Of a stretch of DNA of 64,000 nucleotides, positions 12,748 to 25,146 are shown piece after piece. The stretch spans positions 2,035,249 through 2,099,248 of the forward strand of contig BDGG01000005.1 of NCBI GenBank assembly GCA_001949185.1, given 5' to 3'. Source of the stretch: Ramazzottius varieornatus. Its lineage: Eukaryota; Animalia; Tardigrada. The translations under genes were made by a program, and so were the position numbers. The first letter of the stretch is position 1, and each line of letters starts with the position of its first letter. A model generated the notes under the pieces. The model was not told where the DNA came from. It saw only the letters and a list, made by a program, of their open reading frames with translations, and made no database searches.

Positions 12748-14461
12748 ATGGCGAATGGCTTTCGGAGGTATGATCGACCATTACTCGGAGAAATGGGCGA
12801 TAGTTTGTTTCTCATTTCGCAGGTTGTTCTGCGGCACAAACTTGGTTCGTATTGTTGCCTGTTCGTTGTTTTTATCCATACTGATTTTGTGGGATGTGCG
12901 GCCAAAACGTGAGTCGAAATACAGCTATGGAACCTGTGTCAAAGGTTTGCATATCAATTTCGTATGGATCGAAAACAGGGACAGCGGGCAAAATTACGAC
13001 CTGACCGCCCTCCAATATTCCGCTCTACTCTCTGCTGTTGTCTACGCCAAGCCATGCAGTCTTTTCCTTCACACCAACGGCGTCTTCGATGGACCGTACT
13101 GGCGAGCCATCCGCAACCATGTCACAACCGTACCCATCCATCGTCATCTCTACACCAACGGGAAACCCGTCAAGATCATCGAGCAGGAAGCCGACATCCT
13201 CAAGCTCGAGGTGGCCATCCAGCGCGGTGGGGTCTTCGTGGACTTTGACGTCTTCTTCACCGGAAGTGGCCACCTCTTACTCGACAAACTGCGAAGCCAC
13301 GAATGCGTCTTCCGACCGGTCAAGGTGGAGAAATGGACGCTATTCCACATGGGTAACTTCGCCTGCAACCCTGGCAGTGAATTCTTGAAAGAAATATTGA
13401 GAGACTACAGGGAAGACTATCGCGGAAGTTGTTACAGTAAAATATCCGCGGTGTACAACGGCTGTCTTTACGCATATCTGCTGTACTCTCAGGAGAAGAG
13501 GTTCCAGAAAACTGTGTACGTCGATGATGGTACCATCTTTAACCAGTTCACCGGACCGAAAGATGGCATCACTTTCCGATTGGGTCCTGGCCGACTCAAT
13601 TGGACTGGCCATTTCAACATTCATACTGGCGATGAGGAAAAAGAACTGAGCAATGTCGATGTGTGGACGCGGAACTCTTCCTTCGGAGACATGCTAAGAA
13701 TGGCCATGCTTCTTCAAAATGAAGAAGACCTTCCGGAGGGAATTTTCGGTAGCCCGGGCAAGACTTCCGGTTCGTGCTGGAAGCCAATATGTAGCGTAGG
13801 AAAGAATGCCCTGGTACTGCATTTCGATATGGCGCTCAGAACAACAGCTGGATTGACCGGTTTTCCTGATTTGACCAATATCGAGTACGCTTCCATCGTT
13901 TCCGCCATCACTTTTGCACGGGCGGACTTGGTCGTTCTTCATAACGCGCAGAAGCTTTATGGTCCTCTGGTGAAATATCTGTCGCATGTTGCAGCTAAAA
14001 CAGGGACGAAGTTCAAGATGAGTGGAGCGGTCTTCGACGAACAAGGAAAGCCGAAACTACTTCCGACGATGATACAAAAGCATGGCGGAGTTTTGGTTAA
14101 TCTGAATTTGTTTTTTGTTGGGCCGGTTGGGAGATGGGATGAGAAAGAGGTGGAGAAATATTTGGCTGGTGGGATATTTTTGGACAGAGTGCAGGACCCA
14201 TGCGGAAGTGCAAATACCAGTACGAGGCTTTATTGCCTGACTCCCGGGAGTGCAAAAGCTAAGAGCGCTTCCATCTCACAGTGGCTTCCCTCTGCCACAC
14301 ACATAGTTTATCTGCAGGACGTCCAGCGTCATCCGAATCCCGCATTCGGATCAATACGTAAGCTGCGAACGCGGCTCGGCGATGTCCTGCGTCTGGCTTT
14401 GTTCAACACAACACAGCCCATCGACGAGCGTATTGTTCACAAGTTTCCCTGTCATCAATAA
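12748..14461 (+). CDS. GT32-family (DXD, alpha-1,4-glycosyltransferase-like) protein with a second degenerate GT32-like domain
   Basis: TM anchor and ADILKLEVAIQRGGVFVDFDVFF motif. Probable start ATG 12748 with a short intron at about 12768-12822. Confidence 0.75.
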
Positions 14462-14491
14462 TGTCAATTGCAAAACGAGACAAACCCATTT

Positions 14492-14614
14492 AAGACGTGG
14501 GCAAGTGAACTGAATCAGATCGATCTGCTAAGTGGCGCATGTTCACATTGTCACTGGGCAGAAGTGTGCGCCACTGGGAAGAAGGATCTGGCTTAAATCG
14601 TTTGCCCACGTCGC
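14492..14614. mobile_element. Palindromic element family A (just 3' of the GT32 stop)
   Basis: GACGTGGGCAA..TTGCCCACGTC arms with core; ATTT on both flanks. Confidence 0.85.
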
Positions 14615-15155
14615 ATTTACTGTGGTCTTTTGGCACAATGAGCAACCCTGCACAAGTGGTCCTTGCGCCACTCTCCATCGATTGCAAAGCCGACAAAATA
14701 GACATTAAAGGATTCTTTATTCCCTCTTACACTGCTCTGCCCGAATAAACCCAATTTAACCCCTGTCGATCGAACATCCCTTGTCCCGTGATCACTTTAA
14801 CTACTCGTACACTGCCACCAGTAGCTCGACACCGCCTCCCGAAAAAATTCGATCGATCCTCGGCGGAAGTCGTAAGCCTTACTGTATAAAAACTCTCTGC
14901 CTATTTCCGCCCCGCTCTATACTCCTTACCAGGGTAAACAGACAGACAACTCCCTAACAGAGACAACCAATTTGGTTCTTCATTGACGATGCAGGCGGAA
15001 GTTGTTTCTCATTCTAGCGCAACTGGATCTTCGTCCAATAGTTTTTCCTTGCGTCTCTCAGGAAAAAAGCCTTCATGGGAAATATATTTTTCACGGGTCA
15101 TTTTTTGATGAGCAGCATTTGAATGATTCGAAGGTTAACTGGCGATCTCTGACTA

Positions 15156-17583
15156 ATGTTTCCGGTTATGGCGACAGAAGCGGAGAACCGTGTCATCCTC
15201 AACATCGGAGGAACCAGACATGAAACCTACAAGGCCACGCTGAAAAAGATCCCGGCGACTCGGTTGAGTCGACTGACCGAAGCTTTGGCTAATTACGACC
15301 CAGTTCTCAATGAGTATTTCTTTGACCGCCATCCGGACGTCTGTGCTCAGATTTTAAATTACTACCGGACCGGGAAGCTGCATTATCCCACCGATGTCTG
15401 CGGTCCGTTGTTCGAAGAAGAGCTGGAATTTTGGGGTCTCGACTCTAACCAAGTTGAACCTTGCTGTTGGATGACTTACACCCAGCATCGTAACACGCAA
15501 GTATAGTCTATGGAAATGGGAGCTCGGCAAACAAACTCGATCAAATCATTTATCTCAAGTCGCGCACCCCATCGGCTAATAACACTTAAAACTTGCGCCA
15601 CTCGGGAACTCGACAAGATTGTTGTCCCGAGTAGCGCAAGGTTTCAGTGTTACTGGTCACGATCGTGCGCCACCTGGTCAAACGATCTGCCCGAGTTCGT
15701 CTACCGCGCTCCCAAAATACACTATGGCTTTAATCAAGGAAAACAACCGTGGGGCATTTTACTGACAGAATAAATATTATTTCGGTCTGTACTCTAGGAA
15801 ACCCTGACGGTTCTTGATCAGCTTGATCTGGACACCGATAAGCCTTCGGACGAAGAGGTCGCTAGGAGGTTTGGGTTCGAGGATGAGTACTTCAACGGAA
15901 CGTTGTCCCCGTGGCAGCTCCTAAAACCACGGATATGGTCTTTGTTCGACGAACCATTCTCGTCGCTGGCTGCTAAAGTGAGTGGACCTGGAAGTAGACA
16001 AGGAAGTCGAAGTTGATTACCGGTGTTGATAGAATCACGTCATTACTGAGTCTCCTGCAGAATCAGTCAACACGAATCAGTCAACATTGTTTTTAATTTC
16101 AACTAAATAATTTTGTTAAAGGGATGATGTGATGATTTTGTGTACGATAATTTTACGCTTGTCGTCATGCGCTTCTTGTTTTTAGGTAATTTCTATCATC
16201 AGCTTATTTTTCATTTGCGTATCCATCATGTCTTTCTGCTTCAAAACCCATCCTGACATGCGTGTTCCCGTCATCAGAAATGTGACAGCCTATGTGTCAC
16301 ATAACGTGACAACGTGGACACTGGATAAAGTGAGCACTGAACCACACGTGGCCTTCTTTTATATTGAATGCATCTGCAATGCCTGGTTCACGTTTGAAAT
16401 ATTAATCCGCTTCACGGTGGCTCCAAACAAGCTTGTGTTCCTTCGTACCGCTGTCAACATCATTGACGCGGTCGCCACCCTGTCTTTCTACATCGATCTG
16501 CTGCTAAAGTACTGTGGACCCACCATCGAGAACGCAGACATCCTGGAGTTCTTCTCCATTATTCGTATCATGCGACTGTTCAAGCTGACAAGACATTCAC
16601 CCGGCTTGAAAATCCTTATCCAAACCTTTAAAGCCAGTGTCAAGGAGCTTTCGCTGCTGGTCTTCTTCCTCATCCTGGGTGTCGTCATCTTTGCCAGCCT
16701 TTTATACTATGCAGAAAGAAGCTTTCAAAGAAATCCCGACAACGACATTGCCTCTATTCCTGTAAGTCGTTCAAGCCCTTGTGAGACTTATTCTTTACTT
16801 CCGTGTCAAAAAGAGAAAATGGACTGAGCAAGCTGCTTCTCCCATCTTTTTAACGCCCAGCGACGTCAGTGGGTCGCTGGAAAATTCGTTACATCAATCT
16901 ATACATTTCCAATTTGAAAATACTTTTCGAAACTTCTTCTAAATCTTCAATCGTTATTCGATTGTTTGTTATTCGGAAGCAAATCAATTTTGACTGAAAT
17001 TTAGGGAAGTCAACACAACGAACTGGAACTGTTCGCGTACCTGCACACAAGCGCCCTACTTACATCGGGGTATGCTGGTATACAAGTGCGTGAAAGCTGC
17101 TTGGTAGAGTCTGCAGACCGAAATGAAAGCACGGACTGCATAGTAAACAGTAAATTTTAAACTGATGCTTGTTTTCTGATTTAGGAAGGACTCTGGTGGG
17201 CCGTAGTGACGATGACAACCGTTGGCTACGGAGAAATCACCCCAAAAACTTACATGGGAATGGTAGTTGGATCCTTCTGTGCCTTAGCGGGAGTAGTAAC
17301 CCTGGCCTTGCCTGCGCCTGTCATCGTGACGAACTTCTCACGGTTCTACACGCATACACAAGCTCGTTCCAAACTACCCAAGCGGCGCCGACGCATAAAT
17401 CCGGCGGAAGGCCTTGGAGCACCACGCACCAAAGTACCACAAGGTCTAGCTGCTAGAGCTCATCAGCACAAAGCCATCACCAGCGACCACGACCATTCTC
17501 CTCATCCCCCCACGGGTCCTCACCATCGACGCACAGGTGCCATCAAGCACCACGGACTGCCAGATGTGGTACCGGTGCAGTAA
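15156..17583 (+). CDS. Shaw: Shaw/Kv3 voltage-gated potassium channel
   Basis: T1 domain [32 protein letters not shown]4 [21 protein letters not shown], pore TMTTVGYG, S6 ALPAPVIV. Confidence 0.93.
15518..15713. mobile_element. Palindromic element family A, double-core copy (Shaw intron)
   Basis: Two cores in opposite orientation inside one pair of GGGAGC..GCTCCC termini. Confidence 0.8.
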
Positions 17584-17954
17584 CGACACCACTAAAATAC
17601 AATCGACCTGTCAGCTTCACCACAAGGATGAAATAGAGCGCTAAAGAGAAAGCAGAGATAAACAGAGCGCACGCCCTCAACATTAAAACAAACTTCCGGG
17701 TTAATTACAGTGATCATTGTAATCAGACCAAAACGACTGAAAATTTTCCGAAGACTCAATTCACTGATTCACTTCACTCTTGGCCTCCAGTCCTTCTTAG
17801 AATTTCTTTGGAAAATTGTACAAGGAATTTATTGTTGGGAATTAGACACGGATCTCATTGCTAGTGAAAATGGTTTCATAAGCCGATTAAATTGACCATA
17901 AAAATCGGCACTAATTTTTCTGGCGGTTTTAACTCCCTTCGAATCTCTTTTAAC

Positions 17955-19439
17955 ATGTGGCGGACAAATCTATTACCAGTTTTCATCCAACACCTGTCGT
18001 TCTCAATATGGATATTACACCTCACCATCTGCTTCCTTCAGTCAGTATTGGCACAAGATCCCGAACCCCGCAGTGTGCACATTCCCTTTGTGTTTCAAGG
18101 CGGCGACCTCCTAGCCTTAGAAAGTAAGCGAGATGAGGTCCAGAAGATTATGAACAGGACAGAGAAGTTCCGCGCGACGACCCCTCAGCCCGATAATCCT
18201 ACCTTCTCAGTAGTCTCTTCCACGAAAAGGCTGAAACTTGCAGCCACAGTCCGCGCACCCACCACAGCCATGCCAGAGTTCTTCCCGATAGACGACGAAC
18301 GTGAAGCCGCCAGTAATACGCGGAATACTATGGTCTCCTACAACACATTGCCTTCGCCTTCGATCACCAAAGACATCAGCCTGGATACCTCATTCGGAAG
18401 TGATACTTTTGATCCACCATCGAAACGGGCCAAGAGTGCTTCTTCATCAGCTGATAGTAGTAAAACTAGTACCGAGGACGAGACGTTTGATAACTGGCAG
18501 ACCGCCGCTTCTGGGTACGGCGGGGAGCAAGGCTACGCTCATAAGTATGGTGGACAAGGAGACAGTTACGGAAGAGGAGCTTCGTCATACGGGGGCTCGT
18601 CAGGCTGGGGTGGAGGTTCTAGCTATGGAGGAGGAAGTAGTTATGGTGGTAGTGGAGGCTACTCGGGAGGGGACAGTTATCCGAAAGGAAAGGACTACTC
18701 CAACGCGGACTTCTACGCCGAGAAGCCATCGTACCAGTCGGAAGGATACAGCGGGTGGGGTGGTGGAGGAGGAGGTTATGGAGACAACACAGTAAGTGTG
18801 ACGTCACTGCAGACACTGTTCGGAGTTGGGATTATCATCTTGACCAGAACGTTTCACCAAGTGGCGCACGCCGTCGGCCAAAAACACTAGAAATGTGCGC
18901 CACTGGGGAAAACGGTCCGGTCGAGTTGATTTACGAAGCTCACGCTTCGCGGCTGCAATTTTGAAACAGGTCGGAACACGACATATCTTCTTCAACTGTT
19001 TTTACAGCTTGCAATAATATTGGCATGGAAGCTGCGGAAAGAGAGGCAACGATACGACGAGGACATAGCGGTAACATTTTCTATTCTAATCCCGATCTTC
19101 TACTCGATCGTCTCCTTCCGCTTTATCTGCAGAATTGACACATTCTGTTTTAGGCAAGAGATTACTATATTGCGAGCCGAGGTAATAACGGAGGTGGAAG
19201 GAGCAGTGGGGGCGGAGGAGTAAGTGCTATACCAGATTGGGGTCGCTACTACTGACGAGAATAACTTCAAATCAACGTGTTGTTGACACGCTTTCTCAGC
19301 TAGTGTTTTTTATCCTGCTTTACAGATCTTGGGAACAATCGGAGGAGGACTAGGAGCACTTGGTGGTCTAGGTGGTGGTATGGGAGGAGGAGGTGGTGCT
19401 TTAGGTGGTTTGGGTGGACTAGGTGGATTGTTCGGTTGA
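17955..19439 (+). CDS. Secreted Gly/Tyr/Ser-rich low-complexity protein (cuticle/structural-like)
   Basis: Signal-peptide-like N-terminus, GGSSYGG repeats and a final GGLGGLGG exon (19326-19439); four exons join in frame. Confidence 0.65.
18821..18943. mobile_element. Palindromic element family A (Gly-rich gene intron)
   Basis: CAAGTGGCGCAC..GTGCGCCACTGG. Confidence 0.8.
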
Positions 19440-19551
19440 TTGGGAGGATAAGCATGCTCTTTCTGAAGTTTCCGGAAGTACCCGAAGCTGAAGTCTCCTT
19501 TTCTATGGTGGTTTTGTGGCGCTTTTTATCGCCGAGTGAAAAGTGTCTAAT

Positions 19552-20924
19552 CTAGTGGACGCACACGCTTCTTGAATTGTGTCCAGTGCCCACTGCTGGG
19601 CAGTTTTGCCAATCCAAGGCATCGAAAAACTGGCAAATAAACTGCAAAGCAGACAAAGCTATCGAACCGTGTCACCGTACCATAGGTGGAAAGTATGCAC
19701 CTTCTGATATAGCTGACGGTTTGGGTGAACGCGATCAGCGTACAGCTCCGGATGCTGTAGAGCGAGGTCGTGAGCGGATTGCCACAGCGTGACACCGTGT
19801 TCGTCGGCGACCTCTCTCATCACTCTTCCGAACTGCTCGATATCGCGATAAACGGGACCTCTTTCGATGACCCATCTGTTTCTTTGGGACTTGACATAAG
19901 GATGAAACGGCACTGTCGGTAAAAAGCACAGATCATAGACACCGGAGGGGATCGCACACAATATCGTACAAAAATGGAACACACAGGTCTGCATCCATAT
20001 GAAAAGGGTTTCTCTTGGCAGCAGGCTTAGCTTCATAGCCGCTTCCGTAAGATTTTCTGCAACAAGCGTAATCGTCATTTAGCAAACGGTACGATATGCC
20101 AAAGTTTCAAAACTCGACTCACTTCTGAAATCCGGCAGTACAGTCAGTCCCCCGTTGAAAAGCGACCACTAAAAAAAGGGTAATTCCTATAAGTTCGACG
20201 GATATTGGAGTTGAATAGAAAAATCGCTAATCAACAGATTTGATTGCTGGTTGGACCGTCAAGATATTCGACTCGTTCCGAACTGTCAAAGGTTTTACCG
20301 ATCCAGTTTCGAAGATCGCGTAATCGAACGCCTTCTGTTTTTCAGGACTCTTGATGAACATCTTCAAACGATGGTGTTCATCCGGTTGATGTAGGCGAAA
20401 ATAATACTGAAACATAAAGCATGAGGTTGTTGCAGGCGGAAGTTTCGAGTAGACACTGTAGTAAGGTAAGGTCATACCAGTGTGATATTCAGATCTGGAA
20501 TCCAGAAGCTGACGTCATTGCGAGCATCTCTCGCGTCCAGCGGCTCCGTGTACAGTCTATCAGCGTTCTCGACGTGCATCAAGAGGTCCGCCACATAAGA
20601 GTACATCAAGCGCATCCTAGAGTCCCCAACGAACGCTAGCATCTTGTTCCGAAGTAACCTACGAACATTCGAGTACGGTTAATTTTGTACACTCTAAAAT
20701 GTCCATTGGCTCTTTTGTCTTCACCCGATTTTATTGCGCAAAACCGACCAAGAACAGTCCTCTGTTCTACTGAGATGAGCCAAGTGATCAAGACAAAGCT
20801 GATGGACACAACCAGAACTGCCATCAAATAGGGAAGACCGAATATACAACCTCAGAGAGACTGCATACAGGATAACGACAGCGAAAATCAGCAAAGACTT
20901 TGAGGACCGTTGCGCGTTCACCAT
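19552..20924 (-). CDS. SGNH/PC-esterase-like protein, copy 2
   Basis: TM anchor, MLAFVGDSRMRLMYSY and YADRVHPN; exon layout parallels copies 1 and 3. Confidence 0.7.
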
Positions 20925-20966
20925 AGCCAAAGAGCTATCCAGAAAACAAGATCTAGCCTGATATTC

Positions 20967-22389
20967 TCATCTCAATTTAGGATGTTTCTGCTCAAAGATC
21001 TGCTCAGCTACGACTATCTTGCGACACTGGTCGCGGAACCACCAGTCTGAAACATCGCGAATGGTCTTTGGTGGTTGGTCTTCGTGTATGCGCCGGCACA
21101 ACTGACACCAGCCACTGTGGTCGAAGTCCGGAACGTCTGGTAGCTGCCACATGTTTCTGCCTTCGAGCTTCCAAGTAAAGTATTTCTTGTACTCTTCCTC
21201 GTTGTTCATCAGGAAGATCAGGTGGTCGGCAAGATGTTTGACCGACCTGAAGTCCTCAATGTTGATGTACGAGTTGGGCGGAAGCAAAGCCGAGTAGTTC
21301 CCACCACCGAGAACAACGGGTACCACGTCGTCGTTGAGTGTTCGATACAACTTCTCGGTTGTATAGTCCCGACAAACGCTACCGAGAACCCAAAAGGGAA
21401 AAAAACGAGAGTAAATTCAGATTAAGAAATCAATTTCTCGCCTAAGCAAATCCCGATGAAGACGCGCAATAACCACCTGTGGCTGCAGTGTTTGTCCCTG
21501 AAGGTTCGCGATGTGCTGCGCGACTTCATCGGGGTGCTTTACGATGTCGGTTGTACCTATTTTCAAACGCGAGCTGAAATTTGTAGCTTCGACGGAACTG
21601 ATCCGAACATTGTCCATAGACACAAGGGTTCTTCACGCCTTTACCGCTGCACTTTCCAAACTTATCTACCTTCAGGTACTTCGACAGTTTCCCAACGTAG
21701 TCTTCTCTGTGGCTTTGGGTTCTACAATGGGAGACCAGCCACAGCACGCCATTCTCCTTCTGCGCCATCAAGGCCGTCCAGTTAGAAATCAGGTGAGGGC
21801 GGTAGTACATGGCATACGCGTCGAAGTACACATCAGAGTCTGTACGGTATGTCATCGTCAGGTTGAAGAAGCCACCACTTAGTGCATCCAACTGTGGCCA
21901 GTGCCGGTGTGAGGGAACCAGGTAACGATTACCTACTGACTCAAAGTGCGTGAAGACAAAGTGCTGTGACGGGTCACGGGACAAGGGCAGATCGTTTAGT
22001 CTGAATTCGGCCATGTGGAACAAGACGGCGCTTGATGTGCTTAGTTTCGATCGGTCGAAGATGGCGCGACAATGAGGAACTGAACACCGACTGAACAATG
22101 TGGCGATGGGATGGTCGTTCGAGGCACCGACGACGTCCCGAAACTTGTTCCATAAGACGATGGTTTTCATTTCCGATCCTTTGTGTTCCGCCACAGCTTT
22201 GCGTTCTTGGCGGATCTGAACATCAATAAGTAATCTAGGCGTCACAGAAGCTCCGTACAAGTTGACGAAAACTAGAAAGACCAGAAAGACGAAAATTGCA
22301 CGGAGAAATCCATAATTTGACGGGTCGAGTTCACTACCAGAAGAAACATAGGTCCGACCTTCGTCGAATATGACAGATTGAGCCCTCAT
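20967..22389 (-). CDS. Alpha-1,3/1,4-fucosyltransferase (GT10)
   Basis: TM anchor, FFNLTMTYRTDSDV, WLVSHC, and the GT10 motif YKFQLAFENS/VCRDYTTEKL spanning one intron. Confidence 0.9.
21444..21539. repeat. Inverted repeat in the fucosyltransferase intron
   Basis: AAGCAAATCCCGATGAAGACGCGCA..TGCGCGACTTCATCGGGGTGCTT. Confidence 0.65.
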
Positions 22390-22636
22390 GGATTCCAGCT
22401 AACGGGGTTTCTGATATAGAAGTAGCTCGCAAGTCGAGCGTCTAACGTAGAAAGATGAGAGCTAACGTTTTGACTGTTTTGCAATCTCTATCTACTGTAC
22501 GTATGTAAATCAATAACCCCCATTTTCTTCACCAGCACTTACTTCTTTAGGGTTGAATCACCGGATGGGTGATCTTGCTAAATTCTCTTGTTACTGCCTT
22601 TGTTTCGCGAGATGTAATGAGACACGTCCAGATGTG

Positions 22637-24155
22637 ATGAGAGCGTCGAAAAGGGCCAGAAGGTTGGCACTTCCGGTCAGTGCTGTGGCGCTTGTGACGT
22701 CATGCTGTGTCTGTTGGCTGGTGGGAGGTCCTAGGGACAACACACAGCTTGCCATTTCCGTGAGTAAAGCGTAACACCTTGAACAAATTATCCTCCAGTC
22801 TTCAAGGATCCCTTCTATTCGCACACTTGCAGGACAGTCGAACGTGGTACTCCTGGACGTATTGGGCATTTCCACTCTGTGAATCGTATCTCTCCGGTCC
22901 CGAAAGTCCAGAATCGCCGTGCAGTTGGGAAGCGATCAACCAGAATTTCAAGTAGGTACTGCAAGAAAATTCATCTTGGTTGAAGGATCTCACAAAACAG
23001 AATACGCGGTATAAATTCCGGACGACGCGTTGGCTCTTCTTAGACAGACGATTAACAACCTCAGCAACAAGAGGATAGCGCTTGTCGGAGATTCCAGAAT
23101 TCGCCATGTGTACTCGTACCTCAAGAGCATGCTGGACGGAAGGAGATTCCTCATCAAGGATACTTTCAACGACACCAGCTTCCAGGATCCTGCCCGAAAC
23201 ATATCTATAGTATGTGCGGTTTGAGATCAAAAGACAGAGTATACAGTCAGTATACGTACGCAGACCAAAGAAAGGAGAGAAACAAACATAATTATTGTTC
23301 CAGTGTTTGGCGGCAGTATGGTGGGCCATCAGGGTCAATCACGGCAGCAGAGTTCCGCCATTTCGTAATGACTTTTTATTATCTGGATCTTTTGTCTTTC
23401 GCAGATGTTTTTCGCCCGGTGGTTTCCGGATGAATACCTCGAGAAGCTTCTCCATAAATGGCAGACGGCTAATCAAAATATTCCCCAGTACATCTTCTTC
23501 GAAAGCGGAGCCGTAAGAATACCGTTGTCAAGCCTGAGAATGCTTTCAGATGACTTGTTTTCTGTTTGTTTCCCGAGCAGTGGTCCCTATTTCGTTACGG
23601 CGAAAGCAGCTTGGACTTATTCGTGAGTAAGTTTACACTGTAAGTTCCAAACAAAGTCTTCGCATCTTTCGCTACATGATCTCTCTTTCAGGGAACTTAT
23701 CAGCCACTGCACAGCACATGGCTGAGCTGCGACACAGGACAACTGTGATATGGATGAAGACACGTATACTCATCATTTCTTGATTGAAAGCCACAGTTAA
23801 CTCGCATTTATGAATTTGTAGTACCCTTCCATCCGACAGCCTCGTCTCACCAAGGCCACTGGGTTACGGACGGGAATAGCAGTACTCTGGATAAGTTTGG
23901 GAAGGAGTTCGAGAAGGTCGCCGTAGCGAACCAGATGGTTTTGTGGACTTCCGCGTTCGACGATGCCAAGCACAACCTTGACCGCTATGCTGACCATGTT
24001 CATCCGGGAGCTGCGTTGATTAGAAAGGTAGGTGGTATTCCACCCAAAACGTCAAGTCTCGGTTGTCAGTAGATGCTCTTTGATTTTAGTCAGTGTGTCA
24101 GTTACTGCAAGCACTCAGATGCGACTCGTGTAAACGACCATCAGGAATTAGCTGA
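22637..24155 (+). CDS. SGNH/PC-esterase-like protein, copy 3
   Basis: TM anchor, RIALVGDSRIRHVYSY and YADHVHPG; multi-exon. Confidence 0.7.
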
Positions 24156-24279
24156 AGATGACACTTTTCTCATCGAATCGTACCGGTCCATAAAACTGTG
24201 ATAGCGATTTTTGTTAGCCAATTGTGCTCTAGCGAAAAAATTAGCTAGACGCTCGCATAAGGTTGGGTTAAAGCAACAG

Positions 24280-24395
24280 GAGAGCTCGGCAACAAATTCC
24301 TGATCGTTCTCTCAAGTGGCGCACGCTCTCAGCCAATATTACCGAAGACTGCGCCACTTGCGAAAGCACTTCGGACACAGATGGTGCGATCGTAC
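24280..24395. mobile_element. Palindromic element family A (3' of SGNH copy 3)
   Basis: GAGAGCTCGGC left arm and core; right arm degraded. Confidence 0.75.
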
Positions 24396-25146
24396 TGGGC
24401 GTATTTCCAGAACAAGCTGATTGGCTTGATTGATATGATTTTATAACAGCGACCCCGCAAAGTTCGCTCGGAATCTAGGTACCTTTACAAGCATCATTCA
24501 CGTACGTACACGTTTCACGTCAAGCATGAGGAATGTGTGTCAATAAGCGGCGACGGAAGAACCTCTTGCTACCACCGTTAAACCGGTTTGAGCCCTACTA
24601 CACCTTCGCGGGCTTCAACGTGCTCGATCATTATGTTGCTAAACGTAGGCTTTTCGTCCGGCGGCTTCCCTAGATTCCAAAGTTATTTTCTCATATCTAC
24701 TGATGCAGCAGTTTCCTTGTAATACGTGGTAAACTATCTGTTGAGCCAAGGCTCTCTTTATATCAAAACAATTGAATCAAAAAGTCTGCTTTTGATGGAT
24801 GATTTGCATATTTAACAGACTTCCACAATAGTGTGCTAAGCTTTCAGTTTCATTGCTGGTTTCTCCTGGTCACTGAACACTGACGAACGAAGTTATCTGC
24901 TTATTCCGGCATTCGTGATGGATGAGTCCGCTTCATAGGTGCAGTTGTGTTTCCAGTCATGTCAACCTACTTTTGACAACTCAACCCGGATCTCTGCCCA
25001 AATTTGTATGCGGTTCCCGAATTAGCATGCGCGAGTTAACTAGTATTTCCGGAGTTTCCACTCGTTAGCTGTCCGCCATCTGTCCTGATAATTAACTTTA
25101 TGTAATCTTGCGGTCTGGTTCTCGGTTGAGCGGAACCGTCTCGATC

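Noticed and set aside
17028-17097. Weak hairpin in a Shaw intron as a possible RNA-editing structure
   Set aside because: There are many mismatches and I saw no complementarity to an exon; more likely a decayed repeat.
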